Of a DNA stretch of 64,000 nt, positions 1-11,980 are shown piece after piece. Position 1 is the first letter of the stretch. Each line of letters starts with the position of its first letter. The stretch comes from Phoronis australis. Its lineage: Eukaryota; Animalia; Phoronida. The DNA lies in the NCBI GenBank assembly GCA_002633005.1, contig NMRA01000094.1, positions 969,915 through 1,033,914 on the forward strand, given 5' to 3'. The notes beneath the pieces are model-generated. The model was not told the origin of the DNA. It saw only the letters and a list, made by a program, of their open reading frames with translations, and searched no databases. The translations under genes were made by a program, and so were the position numbers.

Positions 1-637
1 AACAATCCTCTATTAACTTTACTGTCACTGAGGGAAGCGTAAGCCATTACAGACCTTTCATTAGTCACATCATGTCTTGTGCTAATATCTTGCAAGTAAA
101 TGAATTTTAAGCAAGAAAATTACAGAATGCTCCCTTTGACTACATAGTCTTATTCTTCTGTTTCAATATTCACTAACATACCTCAAACACGGTATTTAAT
201 AACAGCAAATTACAATAGTGATGATCCACTATATGACTGTGTTGGTACAAATCAATGCGTTCATATGGGGTAAGCAAAAATTATTAGTCTTATAACCCAC
301 CATATGTTGGACACATCATGTGACCTTTAGTTAAGTCTGAAAAAATCTCTGTCCCATATAGGGCTCGAACCTGAGACTTTGTGCTAACCTACACCATGAA
401 TAACTCTTACTTAGGGATTACATAGGTAACTTTTGCAACAGGCAACAATTACAAGAGTTTATCAAAAACATCTATACTACAATGGACATCTTTTGAAGGA
501 CAAATTCCCTGTGACTGCAACTCCCCAGGCCACAGAGTATACTATGCACGTAATGTACCCTCCGCCCCATAAAGACAGCCATTTTATGATTCACTAAAGA
601 ACTCATACAGACTTTAAAAAGCTTCTCCTCTGAAACA

Positions 638-1585
638 CAGGCAGATTTTGGGGGGGGGGCCCAGGGGGCCCGCCCCCCTCCCCTTGGCTGCCGCAAATAA
701 ATAAAACAGCAAGAACGTAGGGAAATGTTGAGTTTATTAATTAACCCCGGTAATTAACATTATACGGCGGAAACAAGATTTAAATGTGTGCAGTTTTAGT
801 GTGTTTGGGGGGGGCTCAGATCCAATTTCAAGTGTCAAATTCGGAACGAAACTATGGCTAAGTATAGGCTCTCCCACGATATCCCAGGCGACCGGCAGTG
901 GCGCTGCGCACTACGACTCCGTTTCCATCGTCTGCTTCACTGTGCAATGAAGAAAACTACTTCATTTTTTAAAAGAAAATAGAATCTGAGTGATGATGAA
1001 AAAACAAAAGCTGCTGGTAAGATGTCAATTTTAATCGAAACCTTAGTGAATCACTCAGAAACTCATAATTCTCTCTTTGTCAAACCTTAACTTAAGACGA
1101 TTTCCAAAGCAATCGCGTCATTAATGCCAACACAAAAAACGGATTTGGTCTTTTGGGCAATTGAAGACTATTTTAAATACAACAAATTTGTTGCGAACTG
1201 ATTGCACAAACATAAAAAGTGTAATAATAATTACAAAAAGAAGTAGGTTTCGCACGCAAACGCTGTGGACCATAAACAACTAGATCTCTTATTATCAAGA
1301 ACATGAGTGAAGTCGTGGTGGTGCATTGGTAAAGCACGCGCGCACTAACCGTCAAGTCGTGCGTTCGAGTCTGTGATCATTGCCGGTTTTCATGTTTGAC
1401 ACGTGCTGTTTTTTTTCTTTTTCTTTGCCTTTTTCTTGGATAATACTTCAAGAATCAAGGAAAATGCTTGATTTTTAGAGGAAAAACAGAAAAATTTTCC
1501 TGCTATGCGCATCGAATCATGCTTTGCACAAATGTTTTCGGACAAAGTGTTGGGCCCCCCTTGTGATATCCTAGATCCGCCACTG
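638..1585. mobile_element. Non-autonomous hAT-like TIR element with 7-bp TSD (TGAAACA)
   Basis: Termini CAGGCAGATTT... and ...CTAGATCCGCCACTG with G/C-run subterminal motifs; TGAAACA at 631-637 and 1586-1592. Confidence 0.65.
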
Positions 1586-1659
1586 TGAAACAACACTATA
1601 ATTCTATGTGAGCTTATTGTTTGGAGCTATTTTGCAACCTTATCCCCTCTCCCTAAACT

Positions 1660-2390
1660 TCCTAGATCCAGCCCATCTCTACTGATCACTTACTCTGTAT
1701 GCCAGTGATGGTAACCCTCTGACACCTCCTGGATCCAACCCATCTCCACTACTCACTTACTCTGTATGCCAGTGATGGTAACCCTCTGAAACCTCCAAGA
1801 CCCACCCCATCTCCACTACTCACTTACCCTGTATGCCAGTGATTGTGACCCCTTCACACCTCCTAGACCCACCCCATCTCCACTATTCACTTGCTCTGTA
1901 TGCCAGTGATGGTAACCCTCTGAAACCTCCTGGATCCAACCCATCTCCACTACTCACTTACCCTGTATGCCAGTGATTGTGACCCCTTCACACCTCCTAG
2001 ATCCAGCCCATCTCTGCTACTCACTTGCTGTGTCTACCAGTGATGGCAAACCCCTCACACACCCTGCATCAAACTCTTCTCTATTTCTCACTTGCTTTGT
2101 ATGCAAGTGATGGTAACCCCCTTACAAACCCTGGATCGAGTCCATCTCTATTACTCACTTTCTCCATCTGGTGGTGATGGTAACACCTCCATATACACCA
2201 GGACCCAGGTCTTCACTAATATTTCCTTTTTCTGTCTGCCAGTGATGGTAGCCCCGCCCACTTACACCCATGGGATCCAGACCCTCTCTGCTACCCACTT
2301 TGTTCATCTGCCACGGGTGGTAACCTACATACATCCCCTGTATCCAACCCCTCTCTACTACTCACTTTCTCTGCTTCATGATGCTGGTTC
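1660..2390. repeat. ~67-bp minisatellite (~11 units) overlapping the TMTC2 exon 6 donor
   Basis: CTACTCACTT...CCAGTGATGG recurs with a period of about 67 nt. Confidence 0.9.
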
Positions 2391-2427
2391 AGAACACCCA
2401 GAACAATACCAAGGTTGAGGTGTGCCA
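2366..2427 (-). CDS. TMTC2: TMTC2-like coding exon 6 (AHLNLGIVLGVLNQHHEAEK); gene presumably continues past the window start
   Basis: Manual translation; TTTCAG acceptor and AAA|GTGAGT donor; 62 nt, phase 1 to 0; TPR helix pattern. Confidence 0.88.
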
Positions 2428-2730
2428 CTGAAATAATGAATGTATTAAGTGCTTAGAGGGAAGCCAAAGCAGTCTAGACTTTCAAGTGAAACAAATCCAA
2501 AGTAAACAGACAAAAAACAAACATGTCTACATTGAATAATCTCAGACTTGTTTATTTTGCTAGTTCAACAGACAGTGTGATGAAATATTACACACAAGTA
2601 CAGTGTACTCAACTGGTTTCATCCTGCAAGAAAGCAATGAATTAAAATGGATGCAAAAATGAGACTGGATTATGTTCAGTTTGAGTTGAGTTAATCAATG
2701 GAATAAAGAAGTATACAAGTTAATGCTCAC

Positions 2731-2816
2731 AAGTTAATCTTGGTCGACACTGGATTGCTAATTTATAGCTCTCAATGGCCTCTTTATATCTTTTCTGGTC
2801 TTGCAGCAGAATACCC
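2731..2816 (-). CDS. TMTC2: TMTC2-like coding exon 5 (TPR: GILLQDQKRYKEAIESYKLAIQCRPRLT)
   Basis: Manual translation; CCTGCAG acceptor and GTGAGC donor; 86 nt, phase 2 to 1; resembles TMTC2 GLLLQE...YKLAIGSRPTLA. Confidence 0.9.
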
Positions 2817-3436
2817 CTGCAGGAAAATGCAATCATAGAATTGAAATGACAGGATTACTTAAAATTAAAAAATCCCAGGGTCTCTACAAAACGAGAATTG
2901 ACAAGAGATCAGACTACTACTTGTGTTTACATTGAATAATTAGCAGTGACAAGATCGTCTATCCTTCAAGAACTGATAGTCAGCTCAAATATCCCCTTAG
3001 TAATTTATAAAGGACTTATGACTCCACCCACATGATTCAGGTTTTGACGAGGCGTAGAAAGATTAAGAAACTGTCACTGTCGCTCTACCTTATCCAGTGA
3101 TGTTATCTAGCCAGCAAAGAGCTTTAAAACATCAAAGGAATATCTGGGTACAGGGTCTAATCTTCAAACTAACACTCAAGATTCAAAACTTAACTAATCA
3201 TTTCGTATGATTCAAGTACACATTTTCAACTTTACTCGAAGCATGCCATTTTCGAGTCCAGTTTTGAGTACAGAGACTAGACGCTGCGCCCAGTTCTTCA
3301 GTGCACTTGCCTAGTTAACTGAATCGACTTCACACATTGACCAATTATACAACAGTTACTGTAGTTGTGAAAATTCAATAACTCACAACAGGGAACCAAC
3401 AATAATACTGGTGGAAAGTTTTCAAGTGCTACATAC

Positions 3437-3551
3437 AAATTATAGTGTACATCAGCCATGTTGCCGCGGTGACGAAGAGCAGATTTGTAAGCGTTCTCAG
3501 CTTCCTTCACTCTGCCTTGATTATTGAATATGTTGGCAAGGTTTCCCCAAG
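3437..3551 (-). CDS. TMTC2: TMTC2-like coding exon 4 (TPR: AWGNLANIFNNQGRVKEAENAYKSALRHRGNMADVHYNL)
   Basis: TPR pattern; TTCCAG acceptor and GTATGT donor; 115 nt, phase 1 to 2. Confidence 0.93.
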
Positions 3552-3585
3552 CTGGAACATTTAATAAACAATTGATGCACAACTA

Positions 3586-3872
3586 ACAAGAAATGTTCAA
3601 CAGTACCAACAACAGCATCAAGAGAAGGCTACCATACTGTGTTTACAGTATAACGTTTGACAGGGACAACATCCTCACAAACTGGGCCAACAAGAAAATT
3701 TCTGACAGGATGTCACTCTGAGCATGCTCAAGTTCTTACGTTTATGGATCTGTGCGATTTTGGAATTTTTTGCGGGAATCACTAACGGGTGACAAGTAGA
3801 CACTGCCGAGACAAGTACACACACATACATAGTAGCACGGTGTCACTTTGTGCTGTGTCACAGAGTGTCATC
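3586..3872 (+). mobile_element. Short HINE/Helentron-like element
   Basis: Starts AACAAG; ends with an ACAC/ACAT microsatellite and an imperfect hairpin (CACTTTGTG...CACAGAGTG). Confidence 0.4.
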
Positions 3873-3971
3873 TCACAGTCCTACAAAACAATATGTTATA
3901 GTAGAATGCCCAAAGTTATGCGTGCTGTCCAAGTATGTGGCGTTCTTATTTCAAAAGTGTGGGAATCTATT

Positions 3972-4062
3972 GTAGGATAGGGTCCAATATTACAGGACAG
4001 GGTCCAGTATTGTAGGTCAGGGTCCAGTATTGAAGGACAGGGTCCAGAATTGTAGGACAGGG
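3972..4062. repeat. ~19-20-bp tandem repeat (TAGGACAGGGTCCAGTATTG)
   Basis: 4-5 visible copies. Confidence 0.85.
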
Positions 4063-4932
4063 AAACTGGCTTCAACCACAACACAATGTCAAAATGAATT
4101 GACAAAGCACATACATGGGGACAGAGTTCAGGGAATTCCTCCCCCAAAATAAATGAACTCTTGGGAAAAAATATTTCTGCCTTTATTGTTGGTCGCACCT
4201 CAGCCTCATCTTAACAAAAATTCCTTTTCCAACAAAAACCAAACAAATCTACCAGCAGTTCATTGAAACTGTAGTCAAACTATCAATGGAATGAACTGTC
4301 AACAAAAATCGTCTGGCTGAAACTATTAATGGTGACAGATAGCTAAGAGAGGGCCTTATCTACCAGGGCAATGTTAAAAGTCACAACTTGAAGAGATACA
4401 ATTGAGATAAGGAAGTTAATGTCATCATTTTCCTCTTCAACTTACTGTAGACAGCATAGAATAAACAAAGTAGACAGTCGGAGAGCCTTACCAGGGGGCC
4501 AATATTGTTTGCACTTACGCATACTAATTATTAGTGGTTAGTTACAATTAATAATAATGTCACCATACAAACACATATACAGTAACCCCCCATCCTTGAT
4601 AAAGGTAAAATACCATTTCAGATTAAAAGTTTAATAGAAATTTTTCTAATTGTTTCATATTTTGACGAAATCTGAAATTACTGAGATTGCATACAGTTCA
4701 AAAAGCTCATTGATGACTTATCTTGCTTCTACATTTCTGAAAAAAAACCCTTTTCCACACTTGCCATCAATTTCTATTATTTTGAAAAATATTTCGCAGA
4801 AAACAATGCTGAATGTATCTCGATTCAAGCATTTGCTTCTAAGAAAAAGCTTGTGTATAACTTATAAATTAGCTTGTGAAACAGTAACAGCGATTCTGAT
4901 TTCAAACTCTCCAAAATGTTAATTGTAAATAC

Positions 4933-5764
4933 CTTTGGGAGGGTTGACTGTAATTCCCGCCGTGTAGAGGTTCTCTTCAGAAAACCAGTCATTATTCCTT
5001 TGCACCGTTTTTACGCAAAAGCAGATCAACAGCAATGCGACGACTCCATTGTAGAGTAATGTCTTATGAGCACGCACAGCTCGTCTGTGTAGTATCAGAG
5101 CACCTTGAGCGACCAATAAACAAAGGCCCATACTTGGAATGTACAACACACGTTCCGCAACCACAAATCCCACGTAGAAGAAAATATTGGTTGCTGGTAT
5201 AAATGGCAACACCATAAGAGAAGTAGATATAATCAGCACATCTGTAGAAAGGCATTTTTGGTTCAGTTGGCACGCTGTATCAGACGATACACTTGCTGCT
5301 TGAGTCAATGCTTTGTGATAACTGAAATGGCCATTTCCATTTCTGTGATGATGATGATGAGATGGCTGCTTGTGCAAATGGCCGTTTGTAGGTTGAATGC
5401 GTGATGACCTGAGATCGAGATTCAGCGATTGATTCAAAATTTTGGATGAAATAAAAGTTAATCCTACATAAAAGGCAAGTGTGAATATATTCCTGTGATC
5501 GACAAGTGATTCCAGAAGTGGTATTGCCTCCATTGACCAATCAAAGCTGAGAACTCTAGGGCAGAGCATCAACCAAAAGTTGACAACAGGCAGATACCAA
5601 AATGTAAGTGATCGTGTCAACAGACTATCAGAGTCGGAGGCAGGGTTGTCAGCAGGAGCAAACTCTGGAGGTTTGTTACCCATAAAGTATAGTCTTGCAG
5701 CGACTAAAAAACATCCAAACAGCGTAATGAAGAGAAGACCTTCACACATTCTTCGGTATTTAGT
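4933..5764 (-). CDS. TMTC2: TMTC2-like coding exon 3 (DUF1736 region: MGNKPPEFAPADNPA...LSFDWSM...PATNIFFYVGFVVAERVLYIPS...NPPK)
   Basis: Conserved DNPA, LSFDWS and VGFVVAERVLY motifs; TTGCAG acceptor and AAG|GTATTT donor; 832 nt, phase 0 to 1. Confidence 0.95.
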
Positions 5765-6289
5765 CTGCAAAATAGAAATTGACAATGCTTTGTTCTTGTG
5801 CAACATTTTAAACCAACTCGTGCTTGCGACAGTAATTGCAAAGCCCACTATACCAAAGTACAAACAATTAAAGCAATTCTATAGGATTGACTTCAGTTAA
5901 CATGTGGCCTCTTTACTGAATAAGACTGACATATGAATTAAACAGGGCTGGTATACGCACATTGTACAAGTACAAAATATCCTCAACTCTTTGAATGAAT
6001 TAACAAAAGTTTTCAAAAACATTTGTCAAAACTATGGCAACAGAAACCCGACAAAAACTAAAAGTAAATCATTGCAATAAAAGGGAAAACTTTTAGCTTT
6101 AAAGTTTGACAATTTTCCAAAAGAAGAAATTCCTCTACCTCTTTGAAAATTACTGTTATTAAAAACCAAATCCATAAATTTGTTTGTTTCTATCATCACA
6201 AGTTTCCTATGAAATACTGATACAGCATCAGTTAATTCAGAGACACCAGTGCAGCAAAATATCTAAATTAACAGGGGTTCTTAAATTTC

Positions 6290-7120
6290 TGATAACTGCA
6301 AAAAATGTAATGTTTCTAGACCGAGACGTCCTAAATTGCTGCAAAAATTTTAAGGTTGGTACTAGATTGGTACAAAAATAAATGTTTCTAGACTGAGACT
6401 TGATACATTGCTACAAAAATTACTGGGGTTTTCATAGAAACCCCATGGGCGTGTATTCGGAAAATAAAAAAATGTTCAGGGATTTCAGTAACACCAAATA
6501 AACGCCCGGACGTTTATTCAGAAAGGGCTGGCGTGTAAACGAAAAGTCATCGCATCAGCTCATACGAGAATATCAGCGATTTTTTGCATAAAACAGTTTG
6601 CCAACACTTTGTTTGTTTTCATCAATCATAAATGTTCCACAAAACTGAATTTTTGGCTAAGAGTTGACACTAAGTGGACTTTTAACAGGACATTTTTCAA
6701 CAAAAGCCCCATTATCTGGACACTTGACACCACAAGTTGCAACACCAAATAAATGTCCATGGGCGGTTCATCCCAGTTGGGCTTATCTACTTGGTTGGGC
6801 TTAACAACAGAAAATCACAGTAAATGTTTCTAGGCCCAGACTTGATGCATTGCTGTAAAAGTAAAATGTTTCTAGAATGAGACCTGGCACATTGCTGCAG
6901 AAGTTAAATTTTTCTAGGCTGAGACTTGCTAAATTGCTGTAAAAGTTGAATGTTTCTAGGCTGAGGCATGATATATTGCAGCAAAAGTGAAAAATTTCTA
7001 CTCTGAGACTTGATAAATTGCCGTAAATTCAAAGTACTGGCACTTGCAAATTATACTGAGAGTTGATAGGTTGCTGCAAAATTTAAATATTTCTAGACTG
7101 AGACATGGTACAATGCCACA
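6290..7120. repeat. Degenerate ~40-45-bp tandem array (AATGTTTCTAGACTGAGACTTGATACATTGCTGCAAAA), interrupted by a MITE
   Basis: The motif recurs at 6310-6420 and 6822-7120. Confidence 0.8.
6421..6822. mobile_element. pogo/Tc1-mariner-like MITE (TA-flanked)
   Basis: Imperfect TIRs TACTGGGGTTTTC and GAAAATCACAGTA; inserted into the tandem array. Confidence 0.55.
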
Positions 7121-7320
7121 AAAAACATGCTAACAATAAGGTATTATCAAAGAATGACTATAACGCCATACCAAGGTCTATAATGCCATATTAAGGTCTA
7201 AACTCTGAAACTGAGGAATCTTTACTGCAACCCTAGGGGACAAATTGGTGTCATAAATAAGACAATCTATCGTTGGTTGAAAAGACCTCCCACACACAAA
7301 CAATGCACAGCAGATCTTAC

Positions 7321-7863
7321 CTATAGAATCAGAAATTTTTTATGTATTATGTTAAATCTATGATTATGAAACTGAGTTTGTAGATTATGTTGAGTTTGTC
7401 CTACGTATTGGATAGAACATTTTTTACAAGTTATAAGGTAAATAATATTGTTGGTGGTGCAATCAGAATAATGTTTTATTTCAAAGTTTTCATTGCTTTG
7501 GGAAGACTGGAAAAAAGTGCTATCGTTGATAAAGTTACACATTTTACACCTAGTTTTGTTACATTGCGTGTTGCCAACAGGTTTGTCAGTTTGGTGTATA
7601 TTGTTGATATTAGCTTTAACTAAATAATTTTTTAGATTTTTACATTTTCTCCAAGAAATTATAGGTGGATGAGGAAATAGGTTTTTCATTTGAGGGGAAA
7701 TATGCAGCGTGGAAAGATGTTTTCTGAAGACGTGGCTAATTCCGTTTAAACATGGATTGAACATAGTTATGAATGGTATTCTATTAGTAGTATTGCCTTT
7801 AGTTTTAGTTCTTGAAGATTCATTTCGTGTGATTGTGACATCCGAAAATTTCAGTTGATCCAT
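7321..7863 (-). mobile_element. Penelope-like retroelement fragment, GIY-YIG endonuclease region
   Basis: ORF contains IPFITMFNP, PPIISWRK..NLKNYLV, C..RC..C and NIIYLITCKKCSIQYVGQT...FHNHR, typical of the PLE linker and GIY-YIG domain. No RT seen; truncated. Confidence 0.85.
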
Positions 7864-9800
7864 TCTTGTTTTATTTACCTATTTATTTCTTTTATCTAGA
7901 AATTTGCGTCAATAACACTAACACCAAAAACACTGCACAATTCTTAAGAACGTGAGAACAGACATGTACAATATAATTTGAGCTCTGCTATGCCAAGTTC
8001 TTAATAAAGAGGCGATTCAAATAATTGGTCTCCAATAGGCTTCCATTACATGCGGCTTGTTTTCTGAAATCACATGTTCAAACAGAGTCAAAAGTTTTGT
8101 GATGTCACAACTAGACATCAATCTATTGAGTTCACCTCAAAGATAAACAATTCAACTGTAAATCCAGCCAGATATTTCACCTCCCAGACTAACTTCAAAA
8201 AAGAAAGGGACAGTTGAGACCACATGTTATCTAAGTCTATTCTTTAGCAATGTAGTGCAAATAAACAGTTGGGTCCTTTCTTTGCAATCATGTCACTTTT
8301 GACACCTGATGGCATAGGTGTAATATAATCTGGCTTCACATTCCACCAGCATTATGACTACACAGCTTGTTGGTGGCTTTATGCCAACAGTGGGTGGCCA
8401 AAGTGAGACAACACTGTTTTCACACCTTGAAAATACAGCTTTATTTAGAGTCTAGAGGGCCTGGATATGCCCAATCAATTGTACCACATGGTCTCTCAGT
8501 TATGCAGGAGAATCCAACAGATCAAAGAGTCAAGCCACTGAGCCACTTTTTAACTAACCACAAAGCTGTTTTAGAAAGTAATTGGTTTTCAATGAGAGGA
8601 AAATAAACATGATCAATTGTTGTAGAGTTGCACCAAGTTAGACAACAAAACGTAAAAGGTGGCCGTTAGCTTTATAACACCTGTCAGGGATGTCCTTCAG
8701 GGCTGACTGCACAAAAATAAATAACTATTCATTAATGTCTTGAGAACAGGATTTTGAGTCGCATTCTTCGCATTCGGGTTCTAGTTTTAGACTAGGTATC
8801 AGGTGATTAAGCCAGTGATATTTTATTGAAAGGAAAACTTACAGGTATCACAGAAGTTCCCCTTTACATTTCTTTCCATTTATTTGTATTTTAATTTATT
8901 CACAACCAGTGGTTAACTTGAGATTGCAAACAGCTTTCATTCGCACACAGCCAGCCTACCCTAGAACAACTTGCACTAGTGCAACTTACCCCACTTATGA
9001 GTAGAGTGTTCACACACACATCCGATAACTAGGGTAAGGTGGAAGCTGCTGCACTGTGCATGACAATGGACGGCTGATGTGAATATGGCACACAAAAATA
9101 GACCTGTCTATTATGTAACCACCGCAGCTGACAATTACATCCGCATTTCCCCACTTTTGCAGCCACAAAACATTACAAGTGGTGCCTGTTACCCTAGAAC
9201 AAGTTACCTCACCTCCATAAGGTGGAGTAAGTTGTCACAAGTTGGGCAATTTAAACTAATTTAAATAGCGTTCACACAGCCCTCAAACCTAGCAACTCGT
9301 TCCAAAGGCAACTTGTTCCAGTTTAGGTCTGTATGTGGATGGCACTTCAGAAGTACAACACTGATTCACTTGATTAAAACTCAGACATGTTAAATTGATA
9401 CCATACTTGTCTGAGTTACTGCTCAAGGCACTTAAATTGAGAATTGGGAACTCAAAAATAAAGGTTGAATGTTAACCTGAGCATCAGCGCCAAAATGAAA
9501 TTTCTAAGAAATCAGGAGTGGGTTCTTCTTTACCCAAATGGTCAATCGGTTTACTGCCCAGAGCTAGATTGATGTTGGACATCATGTGCAAGAGGCGAAG
9601 AAAATATTGGTGCATTGTGAACAGTGCAGGAAGGCAGAGTCTAGAATGGAGTGATCACACACACAGTACAGTGACATAGCTTTTTACACAGCGTATCTTT
9701 CCGATGCAAGTATTTCACACATATTGAGTGTGCCACGTGATGCATACGCAACTGGTTATACCATTCTTGAAACATGACCATGATATCATTAGAATGAATT

Positions 9801-9962
9801 CAGTGGCGGATTTAGAGGGGGGCCAAGGGGGCCATGCCCCCCCCCCCCTAAAATTCTCCCAGATTCCATTTGGCAATTCCTGAGAGCGAATGTCTGACCG
9901 GCAAAATCCTGGCTAATACACTGCCTTGGCCTCCCCTCACTCAAAATCCTGGATCCCCCCTG
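9801..9962. mobile_element. Short CAGTGGCGGA-type hAT-like MITE
   Basis: CAGTGGCGGATTTAG... and ...CCTGGATCCCCCCTG inverted termini; same terminal motif as 638-1585. Confidence 0.65.
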
Positions 9963-11548
9963 GTATTAAGTCAAAAGTTCCATTTAATGTCCCCTTCAGT
10001 AAAGAGCACGAGAGTTTGTGTATTGTCCAGTCTGAATAAGGCAACATCTCACCTAAAGTGAATGATTGTTAGTAAAAAAGTGAGCTACATACCTTTTGGG
10101 AACTAAAACTTGGCATTTTTACGTAAGTCTGTGTTGTATAAATGGGAGGTGGGCAGTAAACCACGCATGATTGTCAACATTGACGAGTATGGTAATACAG
10201 TTTCAGGAAATAGCTTGGAAAATCAAAAAAAGTTTGTAATTGTGATTTATACATGATTTATCTGTAGCAGTGAAAAGTTGGATTTCCACATCTGGTAAAT
10301 GCAGTTTTGTAAATATAGATCTACCAACATGTAGCATCTACATGTCCATCAAAACAAAAACCTTAAGACCCCTAACCCTTTCTCCAGTTTTCCATAGATG
10401 AAAAGCAAACAACATTACTTGACCACCTAGGTTTTCGTGGTAGATATTTGTTAAAGTGATACACTCACACAGACCCTGAAATGTGTAGGATCTAGCCATA
10501 CAAACTAAAAACAAGTCTTGATGGAACTAAATTATCAAAAAGTACAAGATTTAATTGTTAGAATTACATGACAGAACAGCATGGAAAGGTGGTGTATAAG
10601 CTAGCAAGTTTTATTGATCAATTCTTCCATAATTGTTATAGAACTAGTTTTCAAACCATTACTCAGTAAATGGGGAAAGTCTAGACCATACTAGCTGCAG
10701 GCAATAATTCACACAGACTAGCCATGCCTTGCAATCAGGGCTTTGAAAGAAAACCATCCAAATCTTGCAAACACAAAGCTGCAATAGTTCATAGGCTGCA
10801 ACATGGCCCAATTAAAGTTGAGATGTTTTATGACTGAGGAAAGTACCACAGCCCAGGGGTAGAGGCCTTATAAATATCTGGCAATTCACAGAAGACAAAA
10901 TGTGTTCATATGAATTAACAGCACTTATAACACTGGGGAGTGATACAAAAGCAATCTAAAATCATTACTGATAGTCCCATGAAACTCAGTTTACAAAGCA
11001 TAACAGAAAATATTTCAACAAGACAGGAAAACAATTTTCAACAACATCGCAGCGGATAATTTGTACGACACATATCAAAATGGAGAAAACGATGTCAGAT
11101 AGAACTCAGACTAACATATAATTTAGAAATACCACACACAGCCAATAAATAGTCATCAGTCTTCTGTGCTCATTTTTACAATAGAAAGACTGAAACTTGA
11201 TTAAGAAGATACTGGTAGGTGCAATATTGTTGGGGACCAATAGGCATCTATCATAAAATGTGCACTTGAGCCTATTTCAGCAATAACAATGTTTTCAAGG
11301 TATATTGAAGGGCAGGGGCCGCAGTATAGCTGCTTTTACATGGGGAACAGTTGTCATGGCGCGAGTTATCACGGTGCTTACTTGCTCCACTTTAGTTGCA
11401 TTTACAGCATAAATAATTTACACGAAGACTGTCTGCGCATGCTTGCATAAACAATAGCGAACGTCCAAATTATGAGGAATGTCAGCGAACGTCCAAATTG
11501 TGAGGAATGTCAGCGGATCACCCATATGTTAGTTGCTCCTGACAGCGG

Positions 11549-11980
11549 TCTTCCGTCGCACAATCACTCTGACCCCCCCCCTGTCTTCCGTCGCACAATC
11601 ACTCTGATCCCCCCCTGTCTTCCACCGCACAATCACTCTGATCCNNNNNNNNNNNNNNNNNNNNNNNNNNNNNNNNNNNNNNNNNNNNNNNNNNNNNNNN
11701 NNNNNNNNNNNNNNNNNNNNNNNNNNNNNNNNNNNNNNNNNNNNNNNNNNNNNNNNNNNNNNNNNNNNNNNNNNNNNNNNNNNNNNNNNNNNNNNNNNNN
11801 NNNNNNNNNNNNNNNNNNNNNNNNNNNNNNNNNNNNNNNNNNNNNNNNNNNNNNNNNNNNNNNNNNNNNNNNNNNNNNNNNNNNNNNNNNNNNNNNNNNN
11901 NNNNNNNNNNNNNNNNNNNNNGCACAATCACTCTGACCCCCCCCCCTGTCTTCCGTTATACAATCAGTCTGATCCCCCCA
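11549..11980. repeat. ~33-bp minisatellite (GTCTTCCGTCGCACAATCACTCTGACCCCCCCT) spanning an N gap
   Basis: Units on both sides of the gap at 11645-11921. Confidence 0.9.

Noticed and set aside
472-696. Minus-strand ORF as the next TMTC2 exon
   Set aside because: No TPR or TMTC2 similarity and it overlaps a MITE end; I found no downstream TMTC2 exon in 1-2365.
5765-5863. N-terminal extensions of track ORFs over real exons (also 19504-19589, 47966-48082, 57878-57945)
   Set aside because: They lie upstream of clear splice acceptors and lack homology, so they are intronic.
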